Assembly (NCBI RefSeq): GCF_022539665.2
Contig: NC_081333.1
Coordinates: forward strand, 2,480,001-2,544,000
From: Daphnia carinata
Taxonomy: Eukaryota
Direction: 5' to 3'
DNA length: 64,000 bases
The position numbers were made by a program, and so were the translations under genes. The notes under the pieces were generated by a model. It searched no databases. It was given only the letters and a program-made list of their open reading frames with translations, and was not told the origin of the DNA. Positions 57,225-64,000 of this stretch are shown here, piece by piece (position 1 is the stretch's first letter; each line of letters starts with the position of its first letter).

Positions 57225-58474
57225 TTAAAAGTGGAATGGCCAACTATTTTTTATTTTGGCTTCTCTTTCCAACCTTTCAATGTTGTTTTCCTCAATGTCC
57301 ATTTCTTCGTAAAATGAATTTAATGACGGCTGCATATTTTTTAATTTACTTGCAACCTGAGACATAAGCTCAAGATTAAACTGGTTATCATCTCCTTCTA
57401 ACTGGGCAGGAGGAAAGACATCATCACATGGTTCCCACTCCAAACTTTCAGCTTCCATCATGAGCTGAAGCAGCTCTGAAACACTGAATTCCAGACTAAC
57501 ACTGTCAACTTCTTGGTGCCACAATCTCCATAAGTCTAGTAGTGTTGAATGACTATAGGCAGGTTGATTATCATTTTTTTTTAAAAGAAGTGGAATTTCA
57601 GGCATTCCTTCTTTCCTCCATTGTAGCAACTTTGCTTCTAAAGCCAATCTTACATAGTCCAAAACATCCTCTTCTGGTGAATGCACCTGCTACAGATAAC
57701 CCAGTTGTGAATACATTAGTTTGATAAGCCATACAGTTTATGTAATTTTTTTTACTTACTGCACATAGGTGTTTAAGTTTTTTTATGTAATGATTTTTTA
57801 GTAAGATTGGCCTACATTTACAGTGCTATTCATAAATTGAACAAATGTAACGTTTTTAAAATAAATGTTATGCAGTGATTATGTTACCAGTGTAATATGC
57901 TTTTCCAAATTTGATATGCTAGAAGCTTGATACATTTGACACTGGGGACATTTCAACTGAGGGATCAGATCTTGCCATCTGAAACAGAAAGTATTTGAAT
58001 TATTTTACAACGGTCGACGCAGATGTCTTTTAACCTGGCATCCTTGATATATACATATACATGTATTATACCTGGCGTCTTTTGGGAAAACTTTTTTAGT
58101 TACATGAAAATCCATTTGAATATTGTGGAACTTATGTTTCAATTGCTCTTGCAATTCCAGTAGTTATACCAAATAAGAGGAGAGGTAACCCATGCTAAAA
58201 AACGTGGGCAGGTTTTATAACACTTTCTGGCTGACATTAGCGCCATCTTACGCCTGGGGAAACGTTTTTGGCCCTTCACCAATTTCAGAAGACCATTTTA
58301 CAACTTTTTCACGGTATTTCTGTCAATGACAGGATTGAAAGTAGTTAATGAATAAATAATCAATAGTCTGGCTAAATAAAATGAAAAACATACAATACGA
58401 TCTATTTGCTGCTTCTTCCAAACGGTAGATGACGCCGTGTTCTGTAAAAATTTTCTCCCTATGGTCTTGACCAT
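57225..58474 (-). CDS. Uncharacterised protein with a single C2H2-type zinc finger; about 6 exons
   Basis: Phase-compatible exons give MVKTIGRKFLQ...RWQDLIPQLKCPQCQMYQASSISNLEKHITLHCKC...VHSPEEDVLDYVRLALEAKLL... I recognise no family beyond the CxxC..H..H finger, and one acceptor is ambiguous. Confidence 0.6.
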
Positions 58475-58934
58475 CTCCCTTTCCTCTCTGAGTTACCCTT
58501 GTTTATTTGTCTTTTGTAATTATTGCACATATGGCTCGCATGTGTCAGGTAGTCCACCGTTGCCGTTTGTCAATATAGTATTTGCTATTTACACCACTGC
58601 TAGATGCGGCGCCTCCGTCTCCGACTCTCTGGTAATTGTTCTCCGGTCTCTCTCTCACAAAGACTCTGTTTTAACTCTGTTCGCTACTTTGTAAAACAAC
58701 TTTCACATGCGAATACGTTTCACACTATTCAGAACAAATTCAAAAGATTCAAGTAGTCAAAGAATATAAATGAAACATTCTCAGAATTTCTATCCTCTAC
58801 TGTCAACTAAACCGAAGGTGACATAACTTCTACCGCACCCATCCCCAACGTTATAAAAGCAAAGTGCTTGACCTGCACGCTTGGGACTATCCTTTAAAAT
58901 ATATACCACATCAAACTACACAATAAGCCCCACA

Positions 58935-59007
58935 GCCTCTGTGGCCCAATGGATAAGGCACCGGCCTCCTAAGCCGGGGATTGCGAGTTCGAATCTCGCC
59001 AGAGGTA
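58935..59007 (+). tRNA. tRNA-Arg (CCT)
   Basis: Full cloverleaf: GCCTCTG/CAGAGGT acceptor stem, CCGGC-CTCCTAA-GCCGG anticodon arm and GCGAG-TTCGAAT-CTCGC T-arm. Confidence 0.96.
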
Positions 59008-59400
59008 ATAACATAATCATTAAGTTAGCTAGGCTGTGAATGAAAAAAGTTAACTGAAACGGTACGAGCACTGTTTATACAGAAACGGTTATCGTGTGAC
59101 GAATCACAGCATTCAATTTTTACAGCCCATATTGAATAGTTTAACACCAATTTTGTGACGAAGCTTCTGCGTAGCCCACTAGACCAATTTTTTAATTGAG
59201 TGCAACTGTGTTTCACAAGATTCAACTAATCGATTATGACAATAATTTTTTTCTTATTTTCTTAGTTGAGCTGTATGAGATCCTAATCAATATGAAGGGC
59301 TAGATTTCGTTAAAATCTATTATGCAGGAGACAGTAGTAATAAAATAAGTAGAAGGAAACAGGAAAATTGTGTTTTAGTCTATACAACCATTGAGAATTG

Positions 59401-60162
59401 CTACTTTCTAGAAAACTCATCAGGATTTACATCAAAATCTTTCATGTGCCAATTGATATTCCACCATTGGCCAAGAAAGCCAACATCAATAATTCTTTTG
59501 TGAAAACCAATAATTCTTGGCTTCAGATACTTGCATTGAGAAGGATAAATACCACAATCCTGATGATAATTTGCTAACCAAATTAGGGAGAATAACCCCA
59601 AACTTAGGCAGCGAACAGTTCCTTCATTGTAACTTTGGCGTATTAAGCAAAGACGGTCATCGGTTACTGGATTGAGATTTGCTTCAGAAACAAGAATAGC
59701 ATCATCTGCTGCTTTAACCATAGCTTCATAATATGTCCTAGCATCAGGGTTAGTTTCTGTAGCATACAATACACATCCAATTCCTGTACACAGACATAAG
59801 TGATTGATGAGAATGATGAGATTATTTCCAAAAACAAACATGGTTACCTGTTAAATAAGCTGCCGCTTTTTTAGGTTTAGCCTTCATACTAGTGACAGTG
59901 TCAACTGCCACATCTCTATAGTCAGAGTAAAGAACCGTCCAAAATTTTTCTGCAACACCAAATTTGAGAACATTATTTAGAGGAACTCAGATGCATTTTG
60001 CCATTCAACCTTACTCCATTTTTCCAGCCTAGTTCCTTTATCCACGGGAGATATCGGTGAAGTTGGAGGTGAACTGGAAGTGGTCGTTTCCGCCGTTGTG
60101 GAAGAAAATCTAGCTTTTCCTGCTTGTTGCCGAGCAAGAACTCTTCTTGAAAAACGAAACAT
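59401..60162 (-). CDS. TIMM29: Mitochondrial import inner membrane translocase subunit Tim29; 3 exons
   Basis: Arg-rich presequence MFRFSRRVLARQQ, then LYSDYRDVAVD..KAKPKKA, TNPD, NEGTVRCLSLGLFSLIW, QCKYLKP, RIIDVGFLGQWW and MKDFDVNPDEF. Confidence 0.9.
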
Positions 60163-60519
60163 GTCTTTTTTGTGAAAATTGCAAAGTACAGCAGACGAAT
60201 TTCCACATGTTTACTAAAAGAGAATAAGATGGGTTTCGGCAACAAAAATTAAATTCCTGTTGCCAAAGCAATATCCGGTGCTCGCAATTTCCGCGTTTTT
60301 TCGAAGCAATTTCTTTGCAGCGACAGGATGACCTAAGCGTTTTACTTTCTAATTTAATAAAAACTAAAAGGCAGCAAAAAGCTTTCCATTCCAGAAAATA
60401 TAACGTTCAGTCTTTGTTCGTCTTCACTGTTACAGCATGAGCAAGTGCGCGTTCAAATATTTTTGACACACTTTTAATTGCCAAAAAGTTCTTGAATTCG
60501 CAAAAAGTATCACATTAGA

Positions 60520-61191
60520 ATGAGAAACAACGCAGAGAAAAAAGCTAAAAGGGTTTCTAGTCCTTCAGAAGGTGTGCATGGGCCAGCCAATCATTCCAGT
60601 TGTTGGAAAATTCCGGTCATCATTTTAATTCTCATTTGCCTGGGAATCATTGTTTGTCTGGCCCAGTACTATGTTTCGTCATCAGCTCCAATGGAGTGTT
60701 ATCAATGCAACTGGATCTCACAACCATATGGGCCATCTCTGGTTGACGATCCTTGCGGACAAGACCAACGTCTCAGGCCAAACAGCAACGCCCACCTCAA
60801 AATTTGTGCACCAGACCAGAACTACTGCGGAACGCTTCACATACTGTTCTCGTACAAGGTTTCGGGCCAGGTCAAACAACTTGAGTTTGCCTTCATTCGT
60901 GACTGTTTCGCCGACTATCCATTGCCATACGTCATGCAACTGGACAACCACAACCAGACTTACTACGGGACCAGGGAAGGCAATGTCTATTCCAATCTAG
61001 CCGGTATGACGTTAAACATGACTGTCGTCGGCCAGCAATGCAGTTTCTGGAACAAGTGCAACTCTAATGTACCTAGAACTGGACTAGCATGGGCATTTAT
61101 TGATTCCGTCGCCATTTTGCATCAGGCTAAACAGAAGGGTGTGAGTGCTTGGCGGGCTTTGGTCGATTTTGTTCAAGCTCAAAATGAATAA
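60520..61191 (+). CDS. Intronless membrane-anchored three-finger (Ly6/uPAR, Quiver-like) protein, 223 aa
   Basis: A hydrophobic anchor at about aa 31-50 is followed by ECYQC..DDPC..C....YC..IRDC..QC....KCNS, a three-finger cysteine pattern. Confidence 0.65.
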   Translation: MRNNAEKKAKRVSSPSEGVHGPANHSSCWKIPVIILILICLGIIVCLAQYYVSSSAPMECYQCNWISQPYGPSLVDDPCGQDQRLRPNSNAHLKICAPDQNYCGTLHILFSYKVSGQVKQLEFAFIRDCFADYPLPYVMQLDNHNQTYYGTREGNVYSNLAGMTLNMTVVGQQCSFWNKCNSNVPRTGLAWAFIDSVAILHQAKQKGVSAWRALVDFVQAQNE

Positions 61192-61332
61192 AAATAAACT
61201 CTTAACACACCATTAGTGGCTGAAATACGTTAACATTCTCTGCTTTATAACCTCGATTTCATTAAATAAAAATTACCTTCATACCCTTGAAATATTTTGA
61301 ATTCTTTAACGTGAGGGGTGGAAATCCGTTAA

Positions 61333-61346
61333 GTTGCCATGGTTAC
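61333..61346 (-). promoter_or_regulatory. RFX X-box upstream of IFT81
   Basis: GTAACCATGGCAAC on the minus strand matches the X-box consensus and lies about 100 bp upstream of the IFT81 ATG. Confidence 0.8.
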
Positions 61347-61447
61347 TGTTCAACACAACACAGCAGAGGAAAGAAAATAATACATGGCTGCAGTTCCGAA
61401 AAATTCTTGTTGGTATTGCTGTTTCTAATCGTGCTGACGTTGTTAAC

Positions 61448-64000
61448 ATGGCACAGTTAGTGAAACTGATTGTCAACGAATTAAACCAACCACCTTTCAA
61501 TTTAAACTTGACGAGTGTCACGTTTACCGCCTTTCATCCCCCTCAGCTGCTGCAAGTACAAATTATCCTACAAATAATATTTTTAAACAAATGTACTTGT
61601 GATCTAATGGTATTTTTCTTTTGGCTTTACCACGATTTCACTGAAAGCTTCTTAGTGATGTTTTGTGTGAAATTGAATCTAAAATTCGTGTTGACATCGC
61701 TGACGAGCCCGTCGATGCTTTGGCCTTGCGTTTGTTAACCGCTTTGCAAATTTTCAAATTCAAACCTGAAACAGAAGATCCGTAATTATTTAAATTTCTC
61801 GATTTACGAATCAAATTCACTTTTCTTAATCGTCCATACGCACAGTAATGATTTTCGAGAAGGTTTGATATCCGGTCGACCGGAAAAAATTAATCCAATA
61901 TTGCATTGGCTGCTTCAGCGCAGGGAAGAGCTGAAAAAACGAGCCTACCTCTCCCGCTTTCTTGTCAAAATTGACATTGCACCTGAAATGCGATCAGACA
62001 GTGACGTAATCGATCTATACGAACAGGTGAGAAAGAATGTTACAAAACCAAAACACCCGATAGTTTTCAAATTGTCTCGATCGATTACAGTACGAATTCC
62101 TGATTGAAGAGTTCAAACAGAGGCATAAGCAATTCGAAGCAAGCCAAATTGTAAATGACACTGTCACCGACCTTCGCAAAGACCTCCAATCGATGGAAGA
62201 TGATAGAGAAGTTTTGATTCGTCGAATTGAACGTACTCAACGCAAAGTAAGACAACTTTAAAGTCAAAACTGCTCTTCCTTTTTCATCTTCTTTCATGCA
62301 TCTAAGGTAGAGGGTGTGGTGAATTATAATCAGTTGCTTTCCGTGGCGAAGAAACTTCGGGCTGAGAAAGAAAAGAACCGTGAATTTCAAGCTCAGAAAG
62401 AAGATCAAAAGAGTTACCTTGGTCATTTGGAATCGCGGCGCCAACGTTTAATTAATCAGTTGACTGAGATCCGTCAAACTAAAGCCAACACTAGTGGGCA
62501 GATGCTGCTCCAGCGCGCCGAAGACGCAATTCGTGTTAATCAATACATGATTAACGAGAAACTGAACAAAGAAACCCAGTTGGTCACAGCAAACATTGCT
62601 TTAATGGAAAAAGTACTAGCAGCACCCAATCCGACCTCTGCCGATCTTCAGATCGTCATACAAAAAGTGAACACCCTTAAATCACGCACTTGTTTCTTAG
62701 TTATTTAATTCTATTTGTTTCTTCATTGTCCAGAGTGATGATTTCAGGAGCAAGATCGCTCATCTTACGGAGAAAAGAGCTTTACAGAATGATCCAATAG
62801 AAGATGGTATGGCACTTTACAGACAGCAATCGCTTATAACTTCTAGGAAGAAGGAAGCTTGCGCTGAGAGATTGAATGATTTGACTCAAGAAATGAATAC
62901 TTTAGAAGCCCAGCTACAGGTAAATGTTACGAATTAAACAGAAAAAAAAATGAGTCATAGATTACCGAAACATTTGAATGGAATAGGCAAAAAAGCAGCA
63001 ATTAGGTGGCCAGTCCGAGACGGCGCTGACTAGTGAGCAATTCAAAACTTATGTCAGTGACTTACGCGTTAAAAGTAACGTATACAAACAACGGCGTGCG
63101 GAGTTGAACGATCTGAAAGCAGAGTATGGCATCTTGAGTCGAACGCTGGAAATTCTTAGAGCGCAAGAGGCAGCACTGAGCGAGAATCTAGACAGGATCG
63201 AAACTCACCAAGGTGTCAAAGGATTCCGTGAAACTCGAGATCTTCTTGAGAGAATTTCTGATGAAAAGGCCAATACGGATGAAGAAAAAGGACGTACTTT
63301 AGAAGAGATGTCTAACCTGGTCCGCATTCTCAATTCCAAGATTAGCGAAAAGAAAGTCCTGCTCGCTCCCCTTCTCCGAGGTTTGTCCTTCAACTTTTTT
63401 TTTTAGAATACTTGAAATTCTATTTCCATATTGTAATGTTCACTCCAATAGAATTGCGTCCTTTGAGGCAAACTTACCAAGAATCTCTGCCCGAATACGA
63501 AGGTAAAAAAAGAGAATACGAAGCACAGGTTCAGCTTATCGAGAATACCATCACATCGATTGCAAACGTAAGAATCTTGTTTTCACCATTTTTCGCACTG
63601 TTGTTTTTGAAATCGAGGACAAGACTGTAGAATATTACGTTACGACAGGTGAAAAGCGAATTGGAAAACGAGATTGTCACGTTGGAAGAACGATGTCGTC
63701 AACTGGAAGCTGACATAAAAGATAATGAGGCATACTTGCAGAGGGCCACTGATGAGATGAAACTGTACGTCAGCGGCGTTCAGCAGCAACAAACCGAACG
63801 TGGTAAATCTGTTCGCGACCAGCTTCACCAAAAAATCATTGAACAGGAAAAATTGAATGCCCAACTACGTCAAGAACAGCGACAACTCAAAGACAACCTT
63901 CCGCAAATGGAAGAACAGATGAAATACTGGGAGAAACTTGAAAAGTAAATTCATGACTGAGCACAGATCACAATGGAAAACTTACTTTAGTGGCAGCTTA
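61448..64000 (+). CDS. IFT81: Intraflagellar transport protein 81 (3' end beyond window), multi-exon
   Basis: MAQLVKLIVNELNQPPFNLNL..QLLQ, ILHWLLQRREELKKRAYLSRFLVKI, YRQQS..RKKE, YGILSRTLEIL and DEEKGRTLEEMS..EKKVLLAPLLRELRPLRQ. Confidence 0.95.

Overview
Eukaryotic genomic DNA with short (about 55-100 nt) introns and long A/T runs, probably a Daphnia-like branchiopod crustacean (inferred from gene architecture and content, not confirmed). Genes in order: HS6ST (+, 5' end truncated), PELP1 (-), a GPR161-like GPCR in 8 coding exons over about 15.5 kb (+), MO25/CAB39 (-), a secreted CBM2-linker-GH9 cellulase (+) with decayed partial copies nearby, PRPF6 (-), RNASEH2B (-), an uncharacterised C2H2 zinc-finger gene (-), tRNA-Arg(CCT) (+), TIMM29 (-), an intronless membrane-anchored three-finger (Ly6/uPAR-like) protein (+) and IFT81 (+, 3' end truncated, with an RFX X-box). 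The most unusual structure is a nested mobile element at 45.3-50.5 kb. A decayed inverted-repeat-bounded element with Kolobok-like motif remnants contains a younger 1.73 kb insertion, which has about 420 bp near-identical inverted arms around three divergently oriented tRNA-like sequences. A long GC-rich hairpin also sits in an oversized PRPF6 intron. All exon structures and alignments were done by eye; no database searches were run.
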